A DNA stretch of 40,512 nucleotides from an uncultured Desulfobacterales bacterium (GCA_964439745.1 CAYTQK010000001.1:1-40512); one strand, 5' to 3'. Shown: positions 8,456-18,550, counted from the first letter of the stretch. Numbers and translations are program-made. The notes: generated by a model not told the origin, from the sequence alone.

Positions 8456-9232
8456 ATGACCTTCTTCGCGGTGCAGGATCTTTCCATGGTATTCGGCGGC
8501 CTGGCCGCCCTGGACAGCGTCAGTCTGGAAATCGTCCAGGGGCAGATATTCGCGGTTATCGGGCCCAACGGTGCCGGCAAGACAACCCTGTTCAACTGTA
8601 TCAACGGTATTTATCCGCCCACCTCCGGTAGAATCGTCTTCCGCGGCCAGAACCTGGTCGGCAAAAAACCGGACAAGGTGGCCCGGGCCGGCATTGCCCG
8701 CACCTTTCAGAACATAGAATTGTTTGACCGGGCCAACACCATGGAAAATATCATGCTGGGCCGGCACCTGTTCATGAAGACGGGTCTTTTCCGGGGCGGA
8801 TTGATGTGGGGGCCCCGCTCTTTTGCCGGCCGCGAGGAAAAGGCCAACCGCCGCAAAGTGGAAGAAATCATCGATCTGCTGGAACTGCAGGCGGTCCGGG
8901 ACAAGTTCGTCGGTGGTCTGCCTTACGGCATCCGCAAGAAGGTCGAGCTGGGCCGGGCCCTGGCCACGGAGCCCGCCCTGCTGCTGCTGGACGAACCCTG
9001 CGCCGGCATGAACGCCGAAGAAAAGCAGGACATGATCTTCTGGATCAAGGACATCCAGGATGAACTGGGCATCACCATCCTGCTGATTGAACATGACATG
9101 TCCATGGTCATGGACATCTCCGACCGCATCCTGGCCCTGAATTTCGGCAAAATCATCACCGAAGGATCGCCGGATGAAGTCCGGCAGCACCCCGAAGTGC
9201 TCAAGGCTTATCTGGGAGAAGAAGAAGCATAA
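8456..9232 (+). CDS. livG: ABC transporter ATP-binding protein (LivG-like)
   Basis: Walker A GPNGAGKTT and Walker B LLLLDEP, with N-terminus MTFFAVQDLSMVFGG. The track start 8303 would overlap the binding-protein gene by 73 nt. ATG 8456 follows GAGGA. Confidence 0.85.
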   Translation: MTFFAVQDLSMVFGGLAALDSVSLEIVQGQIFAVIGPNGAGKTTLFNCINGIYPPTSGRIVFRGQNLVGKKPDKVARAGIARTFQNIELFDRANTMENIMLGRHLFMKTGLFRGGLMWGPRSFAGREEKANRRKVEEIIDLLELQAVRDKFVGGLPYGIRKKVELGRALATEPALLLLDEPCAGMNAEEKQDMIFWIKDIQDELGITILLIEHDMSMVMDISDRILALNFGKIITEGSPDEVRQHPEVLKAYLGEEEA

Positions 9233-9297
9233 CACCGGATACCGCCCCGGCAGTATCCGACCGCGGCCGCCACACGACAAGGACAACGGGATTCATC

Positions 9298-10074
<777 letters not shown>

Positions 10075-11898
10075 ATGACGCGTGCGACCGAAACAAGCGG
10101 CAAATTTGAAGTAACACCGACCACCACTCCGCAGGTGTTCGCGGACACGGTGGCGGCCCACCGCGGCCAGGTGGCCATGCGCTACAAGGATTACGGCCTG
10201 TGGCATGATATTACCTGGCAGGAGTACCATGACACCGCCCGGGCCATCGGCAGCGCCCTCATCTCCATGGGACTGCAGAAGGGGGACTGCGTTTCCATCA
10301 TCGGTGACAACTGCCCGGAATGGGTCATGATCGATATGGGGATCCAGTGTGCCGGCGGGGTTTCCGTGGGTATCTATACCACCAACGCCTGGGAGGAAGT
10401 GGCCTATGTGGTCAATCACTCCGAGTCGGTTTTTTTGTTCGCGGAAAACGAGGAGCAGCTGGACAAGTGGCTGCACTTCCGAAACAATGCCCCCACCCTC
10501 AAGAAGGTAATCGTCTGGGACACTAAGGGACTGCGGGATTTTTCCGACCCCATGGTCATGCCTCATGCCGACCTGCTGGAAGCCGGGCGGAACCTGGATT
10601 CGGCGGCGGTGGACCAGCGTAGCCGCGAGCTCGTCCCGGACGACCTGGCCGTGCTGATTTATACTTCGGGCACCACCGGTCCGCCCAAGGGCGCCATGCT
10701 GACCCATCGCAACGTCACCTGGATGGCCGCCGCGGTGGAAGCGCAGAACCGTATTTACGGCCATGACGAGGTGCTTTCTTTTCTGCCCCTGTGCCACATT
10801 TTTGAGCGGCTTTTCTCTGTTTTCGCGCACATGCGCTACGCCTATATTGTCAACTTCGTGGAAAAACCCGATACCGTCACCGACAACATGATGGAGGTGT
10901 CGCCGACCGTGGGCTACGCCGTGCCCCGCATCTGGGAAAAATATTACTCCGCCATCCAGATCCGCATGGCCGAAGCCACCTGGTTTAAACGCCTCGTCTA
11001 CGGCCTGGCCTTTAAAACCGGCATGAAGCGGGCCACCCTGCGCATGAACTTCCAGCCGGTTCCCCTCTACCTGGAGGTGCTGTTCCGGCTGGCCTACCTG
11101 GCCGTATTCCGTAAGCTCAAGGAACGGCTGGGGTTTGACCGCATCCGGGTGGCCTATTCCGGCGCCGCCCCCATTTCGGCGGATATCCTCCGCTTTTACC
11201 AGGCCATGGGCATCAACCTCATCGAGGGCTACGGCCAGACCGAGGGCACCGGCGTCACCTGCACCTCCCAGGCAGGCCAGACCAAGTTCGGCACGGTCGG
11301 CACGCCGGTGCCCGGATGTGAACTGAAAATCGCCGAGGATGGCGAAATCCTGGTCAAGTCGCCGGGGGTCTTTGTCGGCTATTACAAAGACGAAAAAGCC
11401 ACCCGGGAAACCCTGCGGGACGGCTGGCTCTACTCCGGCGACATTGGCGAAATCGACGAGGACGGCTACCTCAAGATTACCGACCGCAAAAAAGACATTA
11501 TCATCACCGCCGGCGGCAAGAACATCTCTCCCCAGTATATCGAAAACAAGCTCAAAGCCAGCCTGTATATCAATGATGCGGTGGTGGTGGGCGACCGGCG
11601 CAAGTACCTGACCGCCTTGATCATGCTGGACGAAGACAACGTGGTCAAGTTCGCCCAGGACAACAAAATCCAGTTTTCCACTTACCGCGACCTGACCCAG
11701 GACAAGCAGATCAACCAGCTCATTCGACAGGAGGTCGCTGCTGTCAACCAGACCCTGGCCCGGGTGGAAAACATCCGCAAATTTACCATTATTCCCAAAA
11801 AGCTCTACGAAGAAGACGGCGAGGTCACGCCGACCATGAAGGTCAAACGGAAAAACGTCTACAAGGTGTTTGCCGACCTGATCGAAGCCATGTATTAA
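10075..11898 (+). CDS. Long-chain-type acyl-CoA synthetase (AMP-forming)
   Basis: 607 aa. AMP-binding motif IYTSGTTGPPKGAMLTHRN, plus GYGQTEG and GWLYSGDIGEIDEDGYLKITDRKKD. Its ATG directly abuts the TAA of the preceding ATPase gene. Confidence 0.9.
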   Translation: MTRATETSGKFEVTPTTTPQVFADTVAAHRGQVAMRYKDYGLWHDITWQEYHDTARAIGSALISMGLQKGDCVSIIGDNCPEWVMIDMGIQCAGGVSVGIYTTNAWEEVAYVVNHSESVFLFAENEEQLDKWLHFRNNAPTLKKVIVWDTKGLRDFSDPMVMPHADLLEAGRNLDSAAVDQRSRELVPDDLAVLIYTSGTTGPPKGAMLTHRNVTWMAAAVEAQNRIYGHDEVLSFLPLCHIFERLFSVFAHMRYAYIVNFVEKPDTVTDNMMEVSPTVGYAVPRIWEKYYSAIQIRMAEATWFKRLVYGLAFKTGMKRATLRMNFQPVPLYLEVLFRLAYLAVFRKLKERLGFDRIRVAYSGAAPISADILRFYQAMGINLIEGYGQTEGTGVTCTSQAGQTKFGTVGTPVPGCELKIAEDGEILVKSPGVFVGYYKDEKATRETLRDGWLYSGDIGEIDEDGYLKITDRKKDIIITAGGKNISPQYIENKLKASLYINDAVVVGDRRKYLTALIMLDEDNVVKFAQDNKIQFSTYRDLTQDKQINQLIRQEVAAVNQTLARVENIRKFTIIPKKLYEEDGEVTPTMKVKRKNVYKVFADLIEAMY

Positions 11899-12155
11899 TC
11901 CTTTGCCATGCCTGTCACCGGCGAAGGCCTGCCGGCCCTAGCCGGACTGCTGCCGCCTTTTTCCAGTAATGTCCGCGCCCCGGCCGCGGGCAGATCGTAC
12001 CAGTGCTGAGAGGCCTCGGCCACGGCAAAAGAAAACCCTTCCCGGATATTGAGACAGTATATCTCATCCACCTGGGCGGCCAGGTCATCGGCGGTTCGCC
12101 ATCTTTCTTGCCATAATACTATCCTGCGCCGGATTCCGCCGACCGCCCTATACAA
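11895..12155 (-). pseudogene. Probable C-terminal remnant of a phosphoribosyltransferase-domain protein
   Basis: Only the segment ADDLAAQVDEIYCLNIREGFSFAVAEASQHWYDL...LLEK resembles the C-terminal aDevvCL..P..F.AVg..Y.dF...LL region of PRTase-domain proteins. It has a TTG start, no RBS, and no N-terminal catalytic part. The upstream minus-strand frames are broken. Confidence 0.35.
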
Positions 12156-12332
12156 TCAATCCTGTATTTTGACGTCGAACAGGCAGTAGAACCCGATTCC
12201 CGCAAAACAGGAACAAAACCGGTGAATGAAGGAAAGATCGCCTGGCCACCGCTGGCCGGTGTCTGCCAAGCCGGGACTTTGGCCGACTGCCCGGGGAATC
12301 GCGGTGATTCGCAAAATGGATGATTGGCCCCA

Positions 12333-12361
12333 TTTTCAAGCCCCCCCTTCCTTTTTATAAT
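12333..12361 (+). promoter_or_regulatory. Weak sigma70-type promoter candidate, TTTTCA-17 nt-TATAAT
   Basis: Perfect -10 box TATAAT at 12356..12361 and a poor -35 box TTTTCA at 12333..12338, upstream of the HPF-CSD gene. Confidence 0.3.
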
Positions 12362-12443
12362 ACAATAAATTAGATACCCGGGAAAATGTCCTGCCCAAAA
12401 GCAGGCCCGGAAACAATTGGAAAAAATCAAAAGGGGAAGCCTT

Positions 12444-13055
12444 ATGGAAGTACCGCTGGAAATTTCTTTTCGCGGCGTTGAAAAGACCGAACACTTGGAA
12501 ACCCTTATCAACGAAAAAGCGGCCCGGATGGAGCGCGTCTGTCCCCATATGGTCAGCTGCCGGGTGGCCGTGGAAGCTCGGCAGAAACACCAGCAGACGG
12601 ACAATCCCTATCGGGTGCGGGTGGCCGCCCATGTGCCGCCGGAACACGAAATCGTGGTGCGCCGGGAGGAAACCGCCGGCAAACTGCATGAGAGCGTGGC
12701 CACCACCATTCGCCAGGCCTTTGAGGCGGCCGAACGGCAGGCTCGGGAACTGGCCGAGCAGCAGCGGCACCACGTCAAGCGCCACCCGGAACAGGAGCTC
12801 CAGGGGGTGGTGTCGCGTCTTTTTGCCGAAGAAGACTACGGCTTCATCCAGACGGTGGACGGGGGCCAGGTCTACTTTCACCGCAACAGCGTCCTGCACG
12901 ACGATTTTGATCGCCTGGAACCGGGGACCGGCGTGCGGTATGTCGAATCCGCCGGGGAAAAAGGGCCCCAGGCAAGTACCGTGGAAATCGTCAGCAAACC
13001 CGGCGTCCGGCTGGGCAAATCCGGAAATCGCCTGGAAGACATTCCGGCCGGTTAA
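12444..13055 (+). CDS. HPF/RaiA-family ribosome-associated protein fused to a C-terminal cold-shock (CSD) domain
   Basis: The N-terminal part MEVPLEISFRGVEKTEHLETLINEKAARMERV...YRVRVAAHV is S30AE/HPF-like. The C-terminal part GFIQTVDGGQVYFHRNSVLHDDFDRLEPGTGVRYVESAGEKGPQASTVEI is CSD-like. ATG 12444 follows AAGGGGA. The track start 12417 is TTG. Confidence 0.75.
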   Translation: MEVPLEISFRGVEKTEHLETLINEKAARMERVCPHMVSCRVAVEARQKHQQTDNPYRVRVAAHVPPEHEIVVRREETAGKLHESVATTIRQAFEAAERQARELAEQQRHHVKRHPEQELQGVVSRLFAEEDYGFIQTVDGGQVYFHRNSVLHDDFDRLEPGTGVRYVESAGEKGPQASTVEIVSKPGVRLGKSGNRLEDIPAG

Positions 13056-13234
13056 CAGACCACTGATCATGAGAAAAAATCATGAGCAGCGACAACGGAC
13101 GGTTATATATCGACACCGCTGGAATTCGGTACGATCACGGCGGAAGATCTTCAACCTGGCGGATTACCGGATTCTGACCGTGCCTGCGTATTCGGACACG
13201 CAAACCGAGGCTGTAAAATGCAGCGGCACTGAAC

Positions 13235-13275
13235 AAAAAACAGGCCGCTGGCGCACTGACCAGCGGCCTGTTTTG
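13235..13275. terminator. Bidirectional rho-independent terminator between convergent genes
   Basis: A6, then an 11-bp stem CAGGCCGCTGG (13241..13251) / CCAGCGGCCTG (13260..13270), an 8-nt loop, then TTTT. Confidence 0.75.
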
Positions 13276-13352
13276 TGTCTGTGTGAAGAAAATAGGGCCA
13301 CGGTTGCGGCTTTTCCGGTTGTCTCACCCCGGAAAAAGCCCCGTCCAGCGGC

Positions 13353-14879
13353 TTAATTGCTCACGGCCGCGTAAACCGCCGCGGACGGCCCTGCGGCGGC
13401 TTCTTCTTCCTCGCCGGCGGATTCCTTCCCCCGGGCCTCTTCGAACTCCCGGCGGCGGCGTTCCACCTGCCCGGGGCTGATGCCGCAGAATTCCATCCAC
13501 TGCGGTGCCCATTGGCTGTACCCTTCCTTTTCCCAGGCATGGTCCATGACCTGGCGGACGCCTTCGGCATATTTCTTTAAAGGGGCTTCCAGCTGCGTGA
13601 ACATGACTTCGGCGCCTGCATGCGTCGGCCGGGCCCCATGTTCCTGAATAATGCGCCACATATGCCGGGGGTGATCAATCATGGGGCACGGTCGCAGGGT
13701 ATTGTAACAAAAGGGCTGTTCTGCGCGGATTCCCTGGAAAAACGGGGATTGCAGGGCTTCCAGCAGGGGCTTGTCATGAATATTATCGGTGGCGAAATGA
13801 CAGAAAATACAGGGCTCCACGTCGCCCCGGTGATTGACGTGAAAGTAGAGCCGTCCCCCGGCGATGCAGCCGCTGGTGAGCACGCCGTCATTCCAGAAAT
13901 CCACCAGCATGATGGGCTTGTTGTTGCGGATATGCTGCTGAAACCGCCGCATCTGGTCCCGCTGCGCCGGGGTCGGCATGAGATCCATGTCCGGATCACT
14001 GCCCACCGGCATGAACATAAAGAGCCAGCCATAGAGGGCGCCCTGCGCGGCCAGAAAATCGATCCACGCGTCCGCACAAACCGCGTCCATGTTGTGGCGG
14101 GTCACCAGCGTGGAAAAGCCGAATATCCCCCCGGCCTCGTGCAGATTCTGCATGGCCTGCAGGCAGATATCATAAGATCCTTGCCCCCGGCTGGCCTCGG
14201 TATACTCCCGGGGACCGTTGATGCTGATCTGGGGGGCGATATTGCCCAATTCCACCAGGCGCCGGGCCATCTGGCGGTCGATAAAGGATCCATTGGTGTA
14301 AATCTGGTAGAACGGATCCGGGTGCTTTTCCAGGACCTCCAGCAGTTCCGGGTAGATAAAAGGTTCGCCGCCGAGAATGGTGATGAAATTGATGCCCAGC
14401 TTTTCGGCCTCCCCCAGGACCCGGTCAAAAACCGCCGGATCCATGTCATCTTTTCGTTCGTAACTGCCGGCATAACAGCCGTGACAGCGATAGTTGCAGC
14501 GCATGGAAGGGGAAATCAGCATGGTGGCCGGCGGATTCAGCCCGAACTTTTCCTGTCCCCGTTCCAGCACGTCCTCATCCCGGAAAAACAGGCTGGTCAC
14601 CATCCGGGCCACGTACCGTTCCCGTACCCGGGGATGGATATCCCGGGCGATCCGGGTAAGAAATTCCCGGCCCGGGCCGTTTGCCCGCATCCAGTGGTAG
14701 AACCACTGGCGGACCAGTTCCTGCTTGGGATCGCCGGTAATATTATCCACGGCCTGAAGCACGAAGGCCGCGTTTTTGTCCGGATCCGCCCCCATCCCGC
14801 CCAGGGCCTGACCCAGAATTTTTTCCGCCTGCTTTCGACGGGGCATCAATTCCCATTCTTCTACAAGATTCTGTTTCAT
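13353..14879 (-). CDS. Radical SAM enzyme with C-terminal auxiliary-cluster (SPASM/twitch-like) Cys motifs; substrate unknown
   Basis: CNYRCHGCYAGSY (CX3CX2C) and ILGGEPF. Later motifs are CX18CX2C (CIAGG...VEPCIFC) and CX6C (CYNTLRPC). I prefer ATG 14879, which follows TAAGGAGG, over the track start at 14918. Confidence 0.85.
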   Translation of the reverse strand: MKQNLVEEWELMPRRKQAEKILGQALGGMGADPDKNAAFVLQAVDNITGDPKQELVRQWFYHWMRANGPGREFLTRIARDIHPRVRERYVARMVTSLFFRDEDVLERGQEKFGLNPPATMLISPSMRCNYRCHGCYAGSYERKDDMDPAVFDRVLGEAEKLGINFITILGGEPFIYPELLEVLEKHPDPFYQIYTNGSFIDRQMARRLVELGNIAPQISINGPREYTEASRGQGSYDICLQAMQNLHEAGGIFGFSTLVTRHNMDAVCADAWIDFLAAQGALYGWLFMFMPVGSDPDMDLMPTPAQRDQMRRFQQHIRNNKPIMLVDFWNDGVLTSGCIAGGRLYFHVNHRGDVEPCIFCHFATDNIHDKPLLEALQSPFFQGIRAEQPFCYNTLRPCPMIDHPRHMWRIIQEHGARPTHAGAEVMFTQLEAPLKKYAEGVRQVMDHAWEKEGYSQWAPQWMEFCGISPGQVERRRREFEEARGKESAGEEEEAAAGPSAAVYAAVSN

Positions 14880-15227
14880 CTTGACCTCCTTATCGACAGC
14901 AGCGGCTGTCGCCCCCAAGATCGGTTGATAAAATATTAGTATTTTTAAAGTAAAAATGCGGCCGCTTGGCGTAAATAAGACTAAAACTGTATTCCGGAAA
15001 CATGGAGAATGTATATTGATTCCCGGCTGCCAGGTTTCCGGAAGCCCCCCTGCCGCCCCATTTCCGGCTACGATTTTTGCAGCGGCAAACTACCTTCTTG
15101 ACGGTATTGCCAATATCACTCTAACTATTTATTTTATTTTATAAATGGGTTTGGAAAGGCCGTCGGAAAAGGACCTTGCTGCCGGGGGGAACGGCCCCTG
15201 ACATTGGCGACGAAAGGAGGCGATCCT

Positions 15228-15683
15228 ATGCAGCTTATACCGAGACGCAACAGAACCATGCCTACGTGGCGCAGAACGCCGGAAACCGCCCGTGACATGA
15301 TGGATATCCTGGATCGATTCTGGACGGAAACGCCTTTCGCCACCACGCTGAGCGAGTGGGAACCGTCCGTGGATGTTTCTGAATCCAACGGTAACATGCA
15401 GGTCCGGGCAGAACTGCCGGGTCTGAATCCGGAAGATATCGACGTCAATGTTTCCGGTGATCTGCTGACCATCAAGGGTGAAAAAACCAGTGAATCCGAA
15501 GAGGAGGAGCAGGATTTCTACCGCCGGGAAAGCTTCACCGGCGCTTTTCAGCGGACGATTCCGCTGCCCGCAGAAGCGGACAGCGAAAATGTTCAGGCCA
15601 GTTTCAAAAACGGAGTGCTGAACATCACCCTTCCCAAGACGGAATCAACCCGTTCCAAAAAAGTGGAAATCACTGCTGAATAA
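15228..15683 (+). CDS. Hsp20/alpha-crystallin family small heat-shock protein
   Basis: Alpha-crystallin domain EPSVDVSESNGNMQVRAELPGLNPEDIDVNVSGDLLTIKGEK...FQRTIPLPAEAD...ASFKNGVLNITLPK. ATG 15228 follows AAAGGAGG. Confidence 0.9.
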   Translation: MQLIPRRNRTMPTWRRTPETARDMMDILDRFWTETPFATTLSEWEPSVDVSESNGNMQVRAELPGLNPEDIDVNVSGDLLTIKGEKTSESEEEEQDFYRRESFTGAFQRTIPLPAEADSENVQASFKNGVLNITLPKTESTRSKKVEITAE

Positions 15684-15744
15684 TCCGAACTGAAGGCAAC
15701 AACACGGCCGTTCCGCCCTCAGACCCATGGTTGTCCCGAAAAAA

Positions 15745-15788
15745 GGGATGCCGCCCCTCTTTTGAAAAAGGGGCGGCATCCCTTTTTT
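15745..15788. terminator. Bidirectional rho-independent terminator (hsp20 / ppdK)
   Basis: A-tract, then a 14-bp stem GGGATGCCGCCCCT (15745..15758) / AGGGGCGGCATCCC (15769..15782), then T6. Confidence 0.85.
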
Positions 15789-15838
15789 ATGATTTTAACT
15801 TCTGTGCTGTCCTGACGGAAAACAACCGGTGACACCGG

Positions 15839-18550
15839 CTACGACCGGCCGATGGCTGCCCGCGCCGCGGCCAGGCGGGCGATGGGCAGCCGGAAGGGGG
15901 AACAGCTGACATAATCAAATCCCTGGTGATGACAAAACATCACCGAATCGGGATCCCCGCCGTGTTCGCCGCAGATACCGATTTTCAGTTCCGGCCGGAC
16001 CTGCCGTCCCTTGTCCACGGCCGCGGCCATGAGCCGGCCCACGCCGGCCGTGTCCAGGGTCTGAAAAGGATCCGCGGATAAAATATTTTTTTGCAGGTAG
16101 GCGTCCCGGAAATTGGCTATGTCGTCCCGGCTGAAGGCAAAGGTCAGCTGGGTCAGATCATTGGTGCCGAAAGAAAAGAAATCACTCTCTTGCGCCATTT
16201 CACCGGCGGTCAGAGCGGCCCGCGGGGTTTCGATCATGGTGCCGAAACGAAAATCAATGTCCGCGCCTCCGGCCAAAGAACGCGCCTCTTTCCGAATCCG
16301 CTCGACCTGGCGGCGCATCGCCCGAAGCTCGGCTGCCTCGCTGCACACCGGCACCATGATCTCCGGCCGCGGCTGTCTGCCGTCGGCGGCCAGTTTCGCG
16401 GCTGCCTCGATAACCGCCCGGATCTGGGCTTCGGCAATCTCCGGGTAGGTGACGGCCAGCCGAACCCCGCGATGCCCCATCATGGGATTGGTTTCAGCCA
16501 GGGCGCGGCTGCGCTGCGCCACCGTCTTTTCATCAATCTGCAGGGCGTCGGCCAGCTGGCGGCGATTCTCCGCCGACCGCGGCACGAATTCATGCAGGGG
16601 CGGATCCAGCAGCCGGACGGTTACCGGATGACCGTCCATCAACTCCAGCACCCTTTTCAGGTCTTCTTTCATGTAGGGATACAAATCGTCCAGGGCCGCC
16701 TGCCGCTCATCGGGGGTATCGCTCATGATCATTTTCCGCAGAAAGAAAAGGGGCTGGGCAGCGTCCTGGCCGTAAAACATGTGCTCGGTCCGGAACAGGC
16801 CGATGCCCTCGGCACCGAATTTGCGGGCCGTGGCCACATCTTCGGGGGTTTCGGCATTGGTCCGCACGCCCAGGGTACGAAAGCGGTCGACAATTTCCAT
16901 AAACGCATCCAGCCGCGGATCGGCCGTGGCATCCTGGAGGGGAAGCGCGCCCTCATAGACCTTCCCCCGGGTACCGTTCAGGGTGAAGACCGCGCCCTCT
17001 TGATAGGTGTTACCGTTGATGCGCACCTGCCGGGCCGGGCTGTCCACCGTAATGGCTTCGGCTCCCACGATGCAGCACTTGCCCCAGCCCCGGGCGACCA
17101 GGGCGGCGTGGCTGGTCATGCCGCCCTGAGAAGTGAGAATGGCCGTGGCGGCGCGCATGCCTTCCACATCCTCGGGACTGGTCTCTTCCCGGACGAGAAT
17201 AACGTCTTCCCCCTTGCCCTTGGCCTGGACGGCATCTTCCGGGGTGAACACGATCTGCCCCACGGCGCCCCCCGGTCCCGCCGGCAGGCCCTCGGCAATG
17301 GGCTGGTGTTCTTTTTCCGCTTCCGGATCTACCAGGGGATGGAGAATCTCATCCAGCTGTCCGGCATCCAGCCGGGTTACGGCTGTTTTGTCATCAATCA
17401 GCCCCTCTTTTCGCATATCCATGGCCATGCGCAGGGCGGCCACGCCGGTGCGCTTGCCGGTCCGGGTCTGCAGCATATACAGGTTCCCCGCCTGGATGGT
17501 AAACTCGATGTCCTGCATATCCCGGTAATGGCGCTCCAGGGTGTCGCGCACCTGCCGCAGTTGTTCGTACACCTCCGGCATGGCGGCCTCCAGGGACGGA
17601 AGATGCTCGTTCTGCGTTGTCTTGGTCTGCTCCGAAAGCGGGTTGGGGGTTCGAATACCGGCGACCACATCCTCTCCCTGGGCCGCCGGCAGCCATTCGC
17701 CGTAAAAACGATTCTCGCCGGTGGCCGGATTGCGGGTGAAGGCCACCCCGGTGGCCGACTGGTCACCAATATTGCCGAAAACCATGCTCTGGACATTGCA
17801 GGCCGTGCCCCATTCGTCGGGGATTTTCTCGATGCGGCGGTAAGAAACGGCCCGTTTGCCGTTCCAGCTTTTGAAGACCGCGTCGATGGCGCCCCACAAC
17901 TGCTCCCGGGCATCGTCGGGAAACGCGCTGCCCAGCACCGCCTGCACTTTTTCCTGAAACTGATCGCACAATTTTTTCAGATCGGACACCGAAAAATCGG
18001 TGTCATGGTCATAATTCTTTTGTCGCTTGCGCTCGGTCAGCAAGCCCTCCAGCAGGGTTTTGATTTCGAAACCTTCTTCCGGCTTGATCTCCTCGGCCTT
18101 TTCCATGACCACGTCGGCATACATCATGATCAGCCGGCGATAGGCATCATAGGCAAACCATTCATCCTTCGTCTGCCGGATCAGGCCGGGCAGGGTATGT
18201 GAGGTCAGCCCCACGTTCAAGACGGTTTCCATCATGCCCGGCATGGACTGCCGGGCCCCGGAGCGGCAGGAAACCAGCAGGGGGGCCTCGGGATCGCCGT
18301 ATTTCATGCCCATGATCGTTTCCACGCCGGCCAGGGCGTCGGCCACTTCTTCTTCCAGACCTTCCGGAAACACGCCTTTTTTCTGCATGTAATCGTCCCA
18401 GCATTCGGTCGAGATGGTAAACCCGGCCGGGACCGGCAATCCGAGATTGGCCATTTCCGCCAGGTTGGCGCCCTTACCGCCCAGCAGTTCTTTTTGATCA
18501 GCTCCGCCTTCGGCGGTTTTCCCGCCGAAACGATAAATGTATTTTTTCAT
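15839..18550 (-). CDS. ppdK: Pyruvate, phosphate dikinase
   Basis: MKKYIYRFGG...GGKGANLAEM. The phospho-His region is TSQGGMTSHAALVARGWGKCCIVG, and the C-terminal PEP/pyruvate domain has ICGEHGGDP. ATG 18550 follows AAGGAG. Confidence 0.95.
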   Translation of the reverse strand: MKKYIYRFGGKTAEGGADQKELLGGKGANLAEMANLGLPVPAGFTISTECWDDYMQKKGVFPEGLEEEVADALAGVETIMGMKYGDPEAPLLVSCRSGARQSMPGMMETVLNVGLTSHTLPGLIRQTKDEWFAYDAYRRLIMMYADVVMEKAEEIKPEEGFEIKTLLEGLLTERKRQKNYDHDTDFSVSDLKKLCDQFQEKVQAVLGSAFPDDAREQLWGAIDAVFKSWNGKRAVSYRRIEKIPDEWGTACNVQSMVFGNIGDQSATGVAFTRNPATGENRFYGEWLPAAQGEDVVAGIRTPNPLSEQTKTTQNEHLPSLEAAMPEVYEQLRQVRDTLERHYRDMQDIEFTIQAGNLYMLQTRTGKRTGVAALRMAMDMRKEGLIDDKTAVTRLDAGQLDEILHPLVDPEAEKEHQPIAEGLPAGPGGAVGQIVFTPEDAVQAKGKGEDVILVREETSPEDVEGMRAATAILTSQGGMTSHAALVARGWGKCCIVGAEAITVDSPARQVRINGNTYQEGAVFTLNGTRGKVYEGALPLQDATADPRLDAFMEIVDRFRTLGVRTNAETPEDVATARKFGAEGIGLFRTEHMFYGQDAAQPLFFLRKMIMSDTPDERQAALDDLYPYMKEDLKRVLELMDGHPVTVRLLDPPLHEFVPRSAENRRQLADALQIDEKTVAQRSRALAETNPMMGHRGVRLAVTYPEIAEAQIRAVIEAAAKLAADGRQPRPEIMVPVCSEAAELRAMRRQVERIRKEARSLAGGADIDFRFGTMIETPRAALTAGEMAQESDFFSFGTNDLTQLTFAFSRDDIANFRDAYLQKNILSADPFQTLDTAGVGRLMAAAVDKGRQVRPELKIGICGEHGGDPDSVMFCHHQGFDYVSCSPFRLPIARLAAARAAIGRS

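Noticed and set aside
13082-13177. 31-codon ORF (MSSDNGRLYIDTAGIRYDHGGRSSTWRITGF) downstream of the HPF-CSD gene
   Set aside because: It has no SD sequence and no recognisable motif, and it lies between a stop codon and the bidirectional terminator. It is most likely chance.
13620-14939. 439-aa plus-strand ORF
   Set aside because: It is antisense to the radical SAM gene, which carries CX3CX2C and an AAGGAGG RBS. No motif is recognisable in the plus-strand product.
15164-15180. sigma54-like element GG-N-TTGC upstream of hsp20 (CGGAAAAGGACCTTGCT)
   Set aside because: The spacing between the GG and GC dinucleotides is one nucleotide too long relative to TGGCAC-N5-TTGC, and the -24 box is poor. 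No enhancer-binding-protein gene is nearby.
16091-18202. 703-aa plus-strand ORF
   Set aside because: It is antisense to ppdK, whose identity is unambiguous. The product is G/R/P/H-rich and low-complexity.
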